A stretch of DNA of 64,000 nucleotides from Eledone cirrhosa (taxonomy: Eukaryota), in contig OZ024741.1 in the NCBI GenBank assembly GCA_964016885.1, positions 407,712,001-407,776,000 on the forward strand, read 5' to 3'. Every line of letters starts with the position of its first letter. Positions within the stretch are counted from its first letter, which is position 1. The notes under the pieces were generated by a model. That model was given only the letters and a program-made list of their open reading frames with translations, ran no database searches and was not told where the DNA came from. Positions 50,101 through 63,249 of the stretch are shown here, in pieces. Made by a program: the position numbers and the translations under genes.

Positions 50101-53100
50101 GGTGTTGGTGGTAGTGTTGGTAATGGTGGTGATGGTGGTAGTGTTGGTATTGGTGGTGTTGGTGGTAGTGTTGGTACTGGTGGTGTTGGTGGTGGTGTTG
50201 GTACTGGTACTGGTGGTGTTGGTGGTAGTGTTGGTACTGGTGGTGTTGGTGGTAGTGTTGGAACTGGTACTGGTGGTGGTAGTGTTGGTACTGGTGGTGT
50301 TGTTGGTAGTGTTGGTATTGGTGGTGTTGGTGGTAGTGTTGGTAATGGTCGTGTTGGTGGTAGTGTTGGTACTGGTGGTGTTGGTGGTAGCGTTGGTACT
50401 GGTGGTGTTTGTGGTAGTGTTGGTACTGGTGGTTTGGTGGTAATATTGGTACAGGTAGTGTTGGTGGTAGTGTTGATACTGGTGGTGTGTGTGGTAGTGT
50501 TGGTACAGGTGGTGTTGGTGGTAGTGTTGGTAATGGTCGTGTTGGTGGTAGTGTTGGTACTGGTGGTGTTGGTGGTAGTGTTGGTACTGGTGGTGTTTGT
50601 GGTAGTGTTGGTACTGGTGGTTTGGTGGTAATATTGGTACAGGTAGTGTTGGTGGTAGTGTTGATACTGGTGGTGTGTGTGGTAGTGTTGGTACAGGTGG
50701 TGTTGGTGGTAGTGTTGGTACAGGTGGTGTTGGTGGTAGTGTTGGTACTGGTGGTGTTGGTGGTAGTGTTGGTACTGGTGGTGGTGGTGGTAGTGTTGGT
50801 ACTGGTGGTGTTGGTGGTAGTGTTGGTATTGGTACTGGTGGTGTTAGTGGTAGTGTTGGTACTGGAGGTGTTGGTGGTAGTGTTGGTACTGGTGGTGTTG
50901 GTGTTTGTGTTGGCACTGGTGGTGTTGGTGGTAGTGTTTGTACTTGTACTTGTGGTGTTGGTGGTAGTGTTGGTACTGGTACTGTTTGTGTTGGTGGTAG
51001 TGTTGGTACTGGTACTGGTGGTGTTGGTGGTAGTGTTGGTAGTGGTGGTGTTGCTGGTACTGTTGGTACTGGTGGTGTTGGTGGTAGTGTTGGTACTGGT
51101 GGTGTTGGTGGTAGTGTTGGTGCTGGTGGTGTTGGTGGTAGTGTTGGTACTGGTGGTGTTGGTGGTAGTGTTTATACTGGTGGTGTTGGTGGTGGTGTTG
51201 GTAGTAGTGTTGGTACTGGTGGTGTTGGTGTTGGTGGTAGTGTTGGTACTGGTGGTGTTGGTGGTAGTGTTGGTACTGGTGGTGTTGGTGGTAGTGTTGG
51301 TACTGGTGGTGTTGGTGGTGGTGTTGGTAGTAGTTTTGGTACTGGTTGTGTTGGTGTTGGTGGTAGTGTTCGTTCTGGTGGTGTTGGTGGTAGTGTTGGT
51401 ACTGGTGGTGTTGGTGGTAGTGTTGGCACTGGTGGTGTTGGTGGTACTGTTGGTACTGGTAGTGTTGGTGGTTATGTTTGTACTGGAACTGTTGGTGTTG
51501 GTGGTAGTGTTGGTACTGGTGGTGTTGGTGGTAGCGTTGGTACTGTTACTGGTGGTGTTGGTGGTAGTGTTGGTATTGGTGGTGTTGGTGGTAGTGTTGG
51601 TATTGGTGGTGTTGGTGGTAGTGTTGGTACTGGTACTGGTAGTGTTGGTGGTTGTGTTGGTACTGGTGGTGTTGGTGGTAGTGTTGGTATTGGTGGTGTT
51701 GGTGGTAGTGTTGGTACTGGTACTGGTGGTATTGGTGGTAGTGTTGGTACTGGTACTGGTAGTGTTGGTGGTTGTGTTGGTACTGGTGGTGTTGGTGGTA
51801 GTGTTGGTACTGGTAGTGTTGGTGGTAGTGTTGGTACAGGTGGTAGTGTTGGTATTGGTGCTGTTGGTGGTAGTTTTGGTACTGGTGGTGTTGGTGGTAG
51901 TGTTGGTACTGGTGGTGTTGGTGGAAGTGTTGGTACTGGTGGTGTTGGTGGTAGTGTTGGTATTGGTGGTGTTGGTGGTAGTGTTGGTACTGGTGGTGTT
52001 GGTGGTAGTGTTGGTATTGGTGGTGATGGTGGTAGTGTTGGTATTGGTGGTGTTGGTGGTAGTGTTGGTATTAGTGGTGTTGGTGGTAGTGTTGGTACTG
52101 GTGGTGTTGGTGGTGTTGTTGGTACTGGTACTTGTGGTGTTGGTGGTAGTGTTGATACTGGTGGTGTTGGTGGTAGTGTTGATACTGGTGGTGTTGGTGG
52201 TAATGTTGGTATTGGTGGTGTAGGTGGTAGTGTTGTTACTGGTGGTGTTGGTCGTAGTGTTGGTGCTGGTGTGGTTGGTGGTAGTGTTGTTACTGGTACT
52301 GGTGGTGTTGGTGGTAGTGTTGGTACTGGTATTGGTGGTGTTGGTGGTAGTGTTGGTACTGGTGGTGTTGGTGGTAGTGTTGGTACTGGTGGTGTTGGTG
52401 GTAGTGTTAGTACTGGTACTGGTGCTGTTGGTGATAGTATTGGTATTGGTGGTGTTGGTGGTACTGTTGGTACTGGTGGTGTTGGTGGTAGTGTTGGTAC
52501 TGGTGGTGTTGGTGGAAGTGTTGGTACTGGTGGTGTTGGTGGTAGTGTTGGTATTGGTGGTGTTGGTGGTAGTGTTGGTGCTGGTATTGGTGGTGTTGAT
52601 GGTAGTGTTGGTACTGGTGGTGTTGGTGGTGGTGTTGGTGGTGGTGTTGGTGGTAGTGTTGTTTCTGGTGGTGTTGGTGGAAGTGTTGGTATTGGTGGTG
52701 TTGGTGGTAGTGTTGGTATTGGTGGTGTTGGTGGTAGTGTTGGTACTGGTGGTGTTGGTGGTAGTGGTGGTATTGGTGGTGTTGGTGGTAGTGTTGGTAT
52801 AGGTGGTGTTGGTGGTAGTGTTGGTACTGGTGGTGTTGGTGGTAGTGGTGGTATTGGTGGTGTTGGTGGTAGTGTTGGTATAGGTGGTGTTGGTGGTAGA
52901 GTTGGTAATGTTACTGGTGGTGTTGGTGGTAGTGTTGGTATTGGTGGTGTTGGTGGTAGTGTTGGTACTGGTGGTGTTGGTGGTAGTGTTGGTACTGGTG
53001 GTGTTGGTGGTAATGTTGGTATTGGTGGTGTTGGTGGTAGTGTTGGTACAGGTGCTGTTGATGGTTATTGTTGGTATTGGTGGTGTTGGTGGTAGTGTTG

Positions 53101-54730
53101 GTACTGGTGGTCTTGGTGGTAGTTGGTACTGGTGGTGTTGGTGGTAGTGTTGGTACTGGTGGTGTTGGTGGTAGTTGGTACTGGTGGTCTTGGTGGTAGT
53201 GTTGGTACTGGTGGTGTTGGTGGTAGTGTTGGTACTGGTACAGGTGGTGTTGGTGGTAGTGTTGGTACTGGTGGTGTTGGTGGTAGTGTTGGTACTAGTG
53301 GTGTTGGTGGTAGTGTTGGTACTGGTGGTGTTGGTGGTAGTGTTGGTACTGGTGGTGTTGGTGATAGTGTTGGTACTGGTGGTGTTGGTGGTAGTGTTGG
53401 CATTGGTGGTGTTGGTGGTGGTGTTGTTACTGGTGGTATTGGTGGTAGTGTTGGTGCTGGTGGTGTTGGTGGTAGTATTGTTACCGGTGGTGTTGGTGGT
53501 GGTGTTGTTACTGGTACTGGTGGAGTTGGTGGTAGTGTTGGTACTGGTATTGGTAGTGTTGGTACTGGTGGTGTTGGTGGTAGTGTTAGTACTGGTACTG
53601 GTGATGTTGGTGATAGTGTTGGTATTGGTGGTGTTGGTGGTACTGTTGGTACTGGTGGTGTTGGTGGTAGTGTTGGTACTGGTGGTGTTGGTGGAAGTGT
53701 TGGTGCTGGTGGTGTTGGTGGTAGTGTTGGTATTGGTGGTGTTGGTGGTAGTGTTGGTACTGGTGGTGTTGGTGGTAGTGTTGGTAATGGTGGTGATGGT
53801 GGTAGTGTTGGTATTGGTGGTGTTGGTGGTAGTGTTGGTATTAGTGGTGTTGGTGGTAGTGTTGGTACTGGTGGTGTTGGTGGTGGTGTTGGTACTGGTA
53901 CTGGTGGTGTTGGTGGTAGTGTTGGTACTGGTGGTGTTGGTGGTAGTGTTGGAACTGGTACTGGTGGTGGTAGTGTTGGTACTGGTGGTGTTGTTGGTAG
54001 TGTTGGTATTGGTGGTGTTGGTGGTAGTGTTGGTAATGGTCGTGTTGGTGGTAGTGTTGGTACTGGTGGTGTTGGTGGTAGGGTTGGTACTGGTGGTGTT
54101 TGTGGTAGTGTTGGTACTGGTGGTTTGGTGGTAATATTGGTACAGGTAGTGTTGGTGGTAGTGTTGATACTGGTGGTGTGTGTGGTAGTGTTGGTACAGG
54201 TGGTGTTGGTGGTAGTGTTGGTAATGGTCGTGTTGGTGGTAGTGTTGGTACTGGTGGTGTTGGTGGTAGTGTTGGTACTGGTGGTGTTTGTGGTAGTGTT
54301 GGTACTGGTGGTTTGGTGGTAATATTGGTACAGGTAGTGTTGGTGGTAGTGTTGATACTGGTGGTGTGTGTGGTAGTGTTGGTACAGGTGGTGTTGGTGG
54401 TAGTGTTGGTACAGGTGGTGTCGGTGGTAGTGTTGGTACTGGTGGTGTTGGTGGTAGTGTTGGTACTGGTGGTGGTGGTGGTAGTGTTGGTACTGGTGGT
54501 GTTGGTGGTAGTGTTGGTATTGGTACTGGTGGTGTTAGTGGTAGTGTTGGTACTGGAGGTGTTGGTGGTAGTGTTGGTACTGGTGGTGTTGGTGTTTGTG
54601 TTGGCACTGGTGGTGTTGGTGGTAGTGTTTGTACTTGTACTTGTGGTGTTGGTGGTAGTGTTGGTACTGGTACTGTTTGTGTTGGTGGTAGTGTTGGTAC
54701 TGGTACTGGTGGTGTTGGTGGTAGTGTTGG
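44160..54730 (+). repeat. About three related higher-order units of 3.2-3.7 kb (right-hand subfamily)
   Basis: Identical 85-aa minus ORFs at 44291, 48009 and 51172 (offsets 3718 and 3163). Triple-indel cassette at 46211, 49401 and 53065. Paired frameshift markers at 47270/47458, 50433/50621 and 54124/54312. Confidence 0.87.
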
Positions 54731-57700
54731 TAGTGGTACTGGTGGTGTTGGTGGTAGTATCTGTACTGGTACTGGTGGTGTTGGTGGTAGTGTTGGTACT
54801 GGTGGTGTTGGTGGTACTGTTGGTACTGGTGGTGTTGGTGTTGGTGGTAGTGTTGATACTGGTGGTTATGGTGGTAGTGTTGGTACTGGTGGTGTTGGTG
54901 GTAGTGTTGGTACTGGTGGTGTTGGTGGTAGTGCTGGCACTGGTGGTGTTGGTGGTAGTGTTGGTACTGGTGCTGTTAGTGGTAGTGTTGGCACTGGTGG
55001 TGTTGGTGGTAGTGTTGGTACTGGTGGTGTTGGTGGTAGTGTTGGTACTGGTGGTGTTGGTGGTAGTGTTGGTACTGGTGGTGTTGGTGGTAGTGTTGGT
55101 ACTGGTGATGTTGGTGGTAGCGTTGGTACTGGTGGTGTTGGTGGTAGTGTTGGTACTGGTAGTGTTGTTGGTAGTGTTGGTACTGGTGGTGTTGGTGGTA
55201 GTGTTGGTACTGGTGGTGTTGGTGGTAGTGTTGGTACTGGTGGTGTTGGTGGTAGTGTTGGTATTGGTGGTGTTGGTGGTAGTGTTGGTTCTGGTGGTGT
55301 TGGTGGTAGTGTTTGTACTGGTGGTGTTGGTGGTAGTGTTGGTACTGGTACTGGTAGAGTTGGTGGTTGTGTTGGTACTGGTGGTGTTGGTGGTAGTGTT
55401 GGTATTGGTGGTGTTGGTGGTAGTGTTGGTACTGGTACTGGTGGTGTTGGTGGTAGTGTTGGTACTGGTACTGGTAGTGTTGGTGGTTGTGTTGGTGGTA
55501 GTTTTGGTACTGGTGGTGTTAGTGGTAGTGTTGGTACTGGTGGTGTTGGTGGAAGTGTTGGTACTGGTGGTGTTGGTGGTAGTGTTGGTATTGGTGGTGT
55601 TGGTGGTAGTGTTGGTACTGGTGGTGTTGGTGGTAGTGTTGGTATTGGTGGTGATGGTGGTAGTGTTGGTATTGGTGGTGTTGGTGGTAGTGTTGGTATT
55701 AGTGGTGTTGGTGGTAGTGTTGGTACTGGTGGTGTTGGTGGTGGTGTTGGTACTGGTACTTGTGGTGTTGGTGGTAGTGTTGGTACTGGTGGTGTTGGTG
55801 GTAGTGTTGATACTGGTGGTGTTGGTGGTGGTGTTGTTACTGGTGGTGTTGGTGGTAGTGTTGGTACTGGTGGTGTTGGTGGTAGTGTTGTTACCGGTGG
55901 TGTTGGTGGTGGTGTTGTTACTGGTACTGGTGGAGTTGGTGGTAGTGTTGGTACTGGTATTGGTAGTGTTGGTACTGGTGGTGTTGGTGGTAGTGTTAGT
56001 ACTGGTACTGGTGGTGTTGGTGATAGTGTTGGTATTGGTGGTGTTGGTGGTACTGTTGGTACTGGTGGTGTTGGTGGTAGTGTTGGTACTGGTGGTGTTG
56101 GTGGAAGTGTTGGTGCTGGTGGTGTTGGTGGTAGTGTTGGTATTGGTGGTGTTGGTGGTAGTGTTGGTACTGGTGGTGTTGGTGGTAGTGTTGGTAATGG
56201 TGGTGATGGTGGTAGTGTTGGTATTGGTGGTGTTGGTGGTAGTGTTGGTATTAGTGGTGTTGGTGGTAGTGTTGGTACTGGTGGTGTTGGTGGTGGTGTT
56301 GGTACTGGTACTGGTGGTGTTGGTGGTAGTGTTGGTACCGGTGGTGTTGGTGGTAGTGTTGGAACTGGTACTGGTGGTGGTAGTGTTGGTACTGGTGGTG
56401 TTGTTGGTAGTGTTGGTATTGGTGGTGTTGGTGGTAGTGTTGGTAATGGTCGTGTTGGTGGTAGTGTTGGTACTGGTGGTGTTGGTGGTAGCGTTGGTAC
56501 TGGTGGTGTTTGTGGTAGTGTTGGTACTGGTGGTTTGGTGGTAATATTGGTACAGGTAGTGTTGGTGGTAGTGTTGATACTGGTGGTGTGTGTGGTAGTG
56601 TTGGTACAGGTGGTGTTGGTGGTAGTGTTGGTACAGGTGGTGTTGGTGGTAGTGTTGGTACTGGTGGTGTTTGTGGTAGTGTTGGTACTGGTGGTTTGGT
56701 GGTAATATTGGTACAGGTAGTGTTGGTGGTAGTGTTGATACTGGTGGTGTGTGTGGTAGTGTTGGTACAGGTGGTGTTGGTGGTAGTGTTGGTACAGGTG
56801 GTGTTGGTGGTAGTGTTGGTACTGGTGGTGTTGGTGGTAGTGTTGGTACTGGTGGTGGTGGTGGTAGTGTTGGTACTGGTGGTGTTGGTGGTAGTGTTGG
56901 TATTGGTACTGGTGGTGTTAGTGGTAGTGTTGGTACTGGAGGTGTTGGTGGTAGTGTTGGTACTGGTGGTGTTGGTGTTTGTGTTGGCACTGGTGGTGTT
57001 GTTGGTAGTGTTGGTACTGGTACTGGTGGTGTTGGTGGTAGTGTTTGTACTTGTACTTGTGGTGTTGGTGGTAGTGTTGGTACTGGTACTGTTTGTGTTG
57101 GTGGTAGTGTTGGTACTGGTACTGGTGGTGTTGGTGGTAGTGTTGGTAGTGGTACTGGTGGTGTTGGTGGTAGTATCTGTACTGGTACTGGTGGTGCTGG
57201 TGGTAGTGTTGGTACTGGTGGTGTTGGTGGTACTGTTGGTACTGGTGGTGTTGGTGTTGGTGGTAGTGTTGATACTGGTGGTTATGGTGGTAGTGTTGGT
57301 ACTGGTGGTGTTGGTGGTAGTGTTGGTACTGGTGGTGTTGGTGGTAGTGCTGGCACTGGTGGTGTTGGTGGTAGTGTTGGTACTGGTGGTGTTAGTGGTA
57401 GTGTTGGCACTGGTGGTGTTGGTGGTAGTGTTGGTACTGGTGGTGTTGGTGGTAGTGTTGGTACTGGTGGTGTTGGTGGTAGTGTTGGTACTGGTGGTGT
57501 TGGTGGTAGTGTTGGTACTGGTGGTGTTGGTGGTAGCGTTGGTACTGGTGGTGTTGGTGGTAGTGTTGGTACTGGTAGTGTTGTTGGTAGTGTTGGTACT
57601 GGTGGTGTTGGTGGTAGTGTTGGTACTGGTGGTGTTGGTGGTAGTGTTGGTACTGGTGGTGTTGGTGGTAGTGTTGGTACTGGTAGTGTTGTTGGTAGTG

Positions 57701-60700
57701 TTGGTACTGGTAGTGTTGTTGGTAGTGTTGGTATTGGTGGTGTTGGTGGTAGTGTTGGTACTGGTGGTGTTGGTGGTAGTGTTGGTACTGGTGGTGTTGG
57801 TGGTAGTGTTGGTACTGGTGGTGTTGGTGGTAGCGTTGGTACTGGTGGTGTTGGTGGTAGTGTTGGTACTGGTAGTGTTGTTGGTAGTGTTGGTACTGGT
57901 GGTGTTGGTGGTAGTGTTGGTACTGGTGGTGTTGGTGGTAGTGTTGGTACTGGTGGTGTTGGTGGTAGTGTTGGTACTGGTGGTGTTTGTGGTAGTGTTG
58001 GTACTGGTGGTTTGGTGGTAATATTGGTACAGGTAGTGTTGGTGGTAGTGTTGATACTGGTGGTGTGTGTGGTAGTGTTGGTACAGGTGGTGTTGGTGGT
58101 AGTGTTGGTACAGGTGGTGTTGGTGGTAGTGTTGGTACTGGTGGTGTTGGTGTTAGTGTTGGTACTGGTGGTGGTGGTGGTAGTGTTGGTACTGGTGGTG
58201 TTGGTGGTAGTGTTGGTATTGGTACTGGTGGTGTTAGTGGTAGTGTTGGTACTGGAGGTGTTGGTGGTAGTGTTGGTACTGGTGGTGTTGGTGTTTGTGT
58301 TGGCACTGGTGGTGTTGTTGGTAGTGTTGGTACTGGTACTAGTGGTGTTGGTGGTAGTGTTTGTACTTGTACTTGTGGTGTTGGTGGTAGTGTTGGTACT
58401 GGTACTGTTTGTGTTGGTGGTAGTGTTGGTACTGGTACTGGTGGTGTTGGTGGTAATGTTGGTAGTGGTACTGGTGGTGTTGGTGGTAGTATCTGTACTG
58501 GTTCTGGTGGTGTTGGTGGTAGTGTTGGTACTGGTGGTGTTGGTGGTACTGTTGGTACTGGTGGTGTTGGTGTTGGTGGTAGTGTTGATACTGGTGGTTA
58601 TGGTGGTAGTGTTGGTACTGGTGGTGTTGGTGGTAGTGTTGGTACTGGTGGTGTTGGTGGTAGTGCTGGCACTGGTGGTATTGGTGGTAGTGTTGGTACT
58701 GGTGGTGTTAGTGGTAGTGTTGGTACTGGTGGTGTTGGTGGTAGTGTTGGTACTGGTGGTGTTGGTGGTAGTGTTGGTACTGGTGGTGTTGGTGGTAGCG
58801 TTGGTACTGGTGGTGTTGGTGGTAGTGTTGGTACTGGTAGTGTTGTTGGTAGTGGTGGTACTGGTGGTGTTGGTGGTAGTGTTGGTACTGGTGGTGTTGG
58901 TGGTAGTGTTGGTACTGGTGGTGTTGGTGGTAGTGTTGGTATTGGTGGTGTTGGTGGTAGTGTTGGTTCTGGTGGTGTTGGTGGTAGTGTTTGTACTGGT
59001 GGTGTTGGTGGTAGTGTTGGTACTGGTACTGGTAGTGTTGGTGGTTGTGTTGGTACTGGTGGTGTTGGTGGTAGTGTTGGTATTGGTGGTGTTGGTGGTA
59101 GTGTTGGTACTGGTACTGGTGGTGTTGGTGGTAGTGTTGGTACTGGTACTGGTAGTGTTGGTGGTTGTGTTGGTACTGGTGGTGTTGGTGGTAGTGTTGG
59201 TACTGGTATTGGTGGTGTTGGTGGTAGTGTTGGTACTGGTGGTGTTGGTGGAAGTGTTGGTACTGGTGGTGTTGGTGGTAGTGTTGGTATTGGTGGTGTT
59301 GGTGGTAGTGTTGGTACTGGTGGTGTTGATGGTAGTGTTGGTGCTGGTATTGGTGGTGTTGATGGTAGTGTTGGTACTGGTGGTGTTGGTGGTGGTGTTG
59401 GTGGTGGTGTTGGTGGTAGTGTTGTTTCTGGTGGTGTTGGTGGAAGTGTTGGTATTGGTGGTGTTGGTGGTAGTGTTGGTATTGGTGGTGTTGGTGGTAG
59501 TGTTGGTACTGGTGGTGTTGGTGGTAGTGGTGGTATTGGTGGTGTTGGTGGTAGTGTTGGTATAGGTGGTGTTGGTGGTAGTGTTGGTACTGGTGGTGTT
59601 GGTGGTAGTGGTGGTATTGGTGGTGTTGGTGGTAGTGTTGTTATAGGTGGTGTTGGTGGTAGAGTTGGTAATGTTACTGGTGGTGTTGGTGGTAGTGTTG
59701 GTATTGGTGGTGTTGGTGGTAGTGTTGGTACTGGTGGTGTTGGTGGTAGTGTTGGTACTGGTGGTGTTGGTGGTAATGTTGGTATTGGTGGTGTTGGTGG
59801 TAGTGTTGGTACAGGTGCTGTTGATGGTTATTGTTGGTATTGGTGGTGTTGGTGGTAGTGTTGGTACTGGTGGTCTTGGTGGTAGTTGGTACTGGTGGTG
59901 TTGGTGGTAGTGTTGGTACTGGTGGTGTTGGTGGTAGTTGGTACTGGTGGTCTTGGTGGTAGTGTTGGTACTGGTGGTGTTGGTGGTAGTGTTGGTACTG
60001 GTACAGGTGGTTTTGGTGGTAGTGTTGGTACTGGTGGTGTTGGTGGTAGTGTTGGTACTAGTGGTGTTGGTGGTAGTGTTGGTACTGGTGGTGTTGGTGG
60101 TAGTGTTGGTACTGGTGGTGTTGGTGATAGTGTTGGTACTGGTGGTGTTGGTGGTAGTGTTGGCATTGGTGGTGTTGGTGGTGGTGTTGTTACTGGTGGT
60201 ATTGGTGGTAGTGTTGGTGCTGGTGGTGTTGGTGGTAGTGTTGTTTCCGGTGGTGTTGGTGGTGGTGTTGTTACTGGTACTGGTGGAGTTGGTGGTAGTG
60301 TTGGTACTGGTATTGGTAGTGTTGGTACTGGTGGTGTTGGTGGTAGTGTTAGTACTGGTACTGGTGGTGTTGGTGATAGTGTTGGTATTGGTGGTGTTGG
60401 TGGTATTGTTGGTACTGGTGGTGTTGGTGGTAGTGTTGGTACTGGTGGTGTTGGTGGAAGTGTTGGTGCTGGTGGTGTTGGTGGTAGTGTTGGTATTGGT
60501 GGTGTTGGTGGTAGTGTTGGTACTGGTGGTGTTGGTGGTAGTGTTGGTAATAGTGGTGATGGTGGTAGTGTTGGTATTGGTGGTGTTGGTGGTAGTGTTG
60601 GTATTAGTGGTGTTGGTGGTAGTGTTGGTACTGGTGGTGTTGGTGGTGGTGTTGGTACTGGTACTGGTGGTGTTGGTGGTAGTGTTGGTACTGGTGGTGT

Positions 60701-62290
60701 TGGTGGTAGTGTTGGAACTGGTACTGGTGGTGGTAGTGTTGGTACTGGTGGTGTTGTTGGTAGTGTTGGTATTGGTGGTGTTGGTGGTAGTGTTGGTAAT
60801 GGTCGTGTTGGTGGTAGTGTTGGTACTGGTGATGTTGGTGGTAGCGTTGGTACTGGTGGTGTTTGTGGTAGTGTTGGTACTGGTGGTTTGGTGGTGATAT
60901 TGGTACAGGTAGTGTTGGTGGTAGTGTTGATACTGGTGGTGTGTGTGGTAGTGTTGGTACAGGTGGTGTTGGTGGTAGTGTTGGTAATGGTCGTGTTGGT
61001 GGTAGTGTTGGTACTGGTGGTGTTGGTGGTAGTGTTGGTACTGGTGGTGTTTGTGGTAGTGTTGGTACTGGTGGTTTGGTGGTAATATTGGTACAGGTAG
61101 TGTTGGTGGTAGTGTTGATACTGGTGGTGTGTGTGGTAGTGTTGGTACAGGTGGTGTTGGTGGTAGTGTTGGTACAGGTGGTGTTGGTGGTAGTGTTGGT
61201 ACTGGTGGTGTTGGTGGTAGTGTTGGTACTGGTGGTGGTGGTGGTAGTGTTGGTACTGGTGGTGTTGGTGGTAGTGTTGGTATTGGTACTGGTGGTGTTA
61301 GTGGTAGTGTTGGTACTGGAGGTGTTGGTGGTAGTGTTGGTACTGGTGGTGTTGGTGTTTGTGTTGGCACTGGTGGTGTTGTTGGTAGTGTTGGTACTGG
61401 TACTGGTGGTGTTGGTGGTAGTGTTTGTACTTGTACTTGTGGTGTTGGTGGTAGTGTTGGTACTGGTACTGTTTGTGTTGGTGGTAGTGTTGGTACTGGT
61501 ACTGGTGGTGTTGGTGGTAGTGTTGGTAGTGGTACTGGTGGTGTTGGTGGTAGTATCTGTACTGGTACTGGTGGTGTTGGTGGTAGTGTTGGTACTGGTG
61601 GTGTTGGTGGTAGTGTTGGTACTGGTGGTGTTGGTGGTAGTGTTGGTACTGGTGGTGTTGGTGGTAGTGCTGGCACTGGTGGTGTTGGTGGTAGTGTTGG
61701 TACTGGTGGTGTTAGTGGTAGTGTTGGCACTGGTGGTGTTGGTGGTAGTGTTGGTACTGGTGGTGTTGGTGGTAGTGTTGGTACTGGTGGTGTTGGGGGT
61801 AGTGTTGGTACTGGTGGTGTTGGTGGTAGTGTTGGTACTGGTGGTGTTGGTGGTAGCGTTGGTACTGGTGGTGTTGGTGGTAGTGTTGGTACTGGTAGTG
61901 TTGTTGGTAGTGTTGGTACTGGTGGTGTTGGTGGTAGAGTTGGTACTGGTGGTGTTGGTGGTAGTGTTGGTACTGGTGGTGTTGGTGGTAGTGTTGGTAC
62001 TGGTAGTGTTGTTGGTAGTGTTGGTACTGGTAGTGTTGTTGGTAGTGTTGGTATTGGTGGTGTTGGTGGTAGTGTTGGTACTGGTGGTGTTGGTGGTAGT
62101 GTTGGTACTGGTGGTGTTGGTGGTAGTGTTGGTACTGGTGGTGTTGGTGGTAGCGTTGGTACTGGTGGTGTTGGTGGTAGTGTTGGTACTGGTAGTGTTG
62201 TTGGTAGTGTTGGTACTGGTGGTGTTGGTGGTAGTGTTGGTACTGGTGGTGTTGGTGGTAGTGTTGGTACTGGTGGTGTTGGTGGTAGTG
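52560..62290 (+). repeat. Further partial copies of the right-hand subfamily (offsets 6763, ~2383-2410, 1316 and ~4320-4380 bp)
   Basis: ORF pairs 52884/59647, 53123/59886, 54366/56749 and 56749/58065. AGTGCTGGCACT occurs at ~54930, ~57346, ~58662 and ~61666. Confidence 0.8.
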
Positions 62291-63006
62291 TTGGTACTGG
62301 TAGTGTTGTTGGTAGTGTTGGTACTGGTAGTGTTGTTGGTAGTGTTGGTATTGGTGGTGTTGGTGGTAGCGTTGGTACTGGTGGTGTTGGTGGTAGTGTT
62401 GGTACTGGTAGTGTTGTTGGTAGTGTTGGTATTGGTGGTGTTGGTGGTAGTGTTGGTACTGGTGGTGTTGGTGGTAGTGTTGGTACAGGTGGTGTTGGTG
62501 GTAGTGTTGGTACTGGTGGTGTTGGTGGTAGCGTTGGTACTGGTAGTGTTGTTGGTAGTGTTGGTATTGGTGGTGTTGGTGGTAGCGTTGGTACTGGTGG
62601 TGTTGGTGGTAGTGTTGGTACTGGTGGTGTTGGTGGTAGTGTTGGTACTGGTGGTGTTGGTGGTAGTGTTGGTACTGGTGGTGTTGGTGGTAGCGTTGGT
62701 ACTGGTGGTGTTGGTGGTAGTGTTGGTACTGGTAGTGTTGTTGGTAGTGTTGGTACTGGTGGTGTTGGTGGTAGTGTTGGTACTGGTGGTGTTGGTGGTA
62801 GTGTTGGTACTGGTGGTGTTGGTGGTAGTGTTGGTAATGGTGGTGATGGTGGTAGTGTTGGTATTGGTGGTGTTGGTGGTAGTGTTGGTATTAGTGGTGT
62901 TGGTGGTAGTGTTGGTACTGGTGGTGTTGGTGGTGGTGTTGGTACTGGTACTGGTGGTGTTGGTGGTAGTGTTGGAACTGGTACTGGTGGTGGTAGTGTT
63001 GGTATT

Positions 63007-63249
63007 GGTGGTGTTGGTGGTAGTGTTGGTACTGGTGGTGTTGGTGGTAGTGTTGGTACTGGTGGTGTTGGTGGTAGTGTTGGTACTGGTGGTGTTGGTG
63101 GTAGTGTTGGTACTGGTGGTGTTGGTGGTAGTGTTGGTACTGGTGGTGTTGGTGGTAGTGTTGGTACTGGTGGTGTTGGTGGTAGTGTTGGTACTGGTGG
63201 TGTTGGTGGTAGTGTTGGTACTGGTGGTGTTGGTGGTAGTGTTGGTACT
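63007..63249 (+). repeat. Nine consecutive perfect consensus 27-mers
   Basis: No variant base between 63007 and 63249. This is the longest pure run I noticed. Confidence 0.88.

Noticed and set aside
19291-58306. His/Gln/Tyr-rich ORFs (QHYHQHHQY) as metal-binding proteins
   Set aside because: This is the third minus-strand reading of the same repeat and is frequently stopped by the common ATTAGT and ACTAGT variants.
1-60897. Poly-Val/Leu ORFs on the + strand that look like membrane proteins
   Set aside because: They are an off-frame reading of the 27-mer. Hundreds of consecutive V/L residues with no loops are implausible, and the ORFs end wherever a GTA, ATA or frameshift variant creates a stop.
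252-61085. Gly-rich GGVGGSVGT ORFs resembling PE-PGRS, silk, elastin or glycine-rich wall proteins
   Set aside because: There is no PE or other terminal domain and no signal peptide. Codons end almost entirely in T, unlike GC-rich mycobacterial PGRS. The absence of stops is automatic for NNT triplets, and the ORFs drift into poly-V/L at frameshifts.
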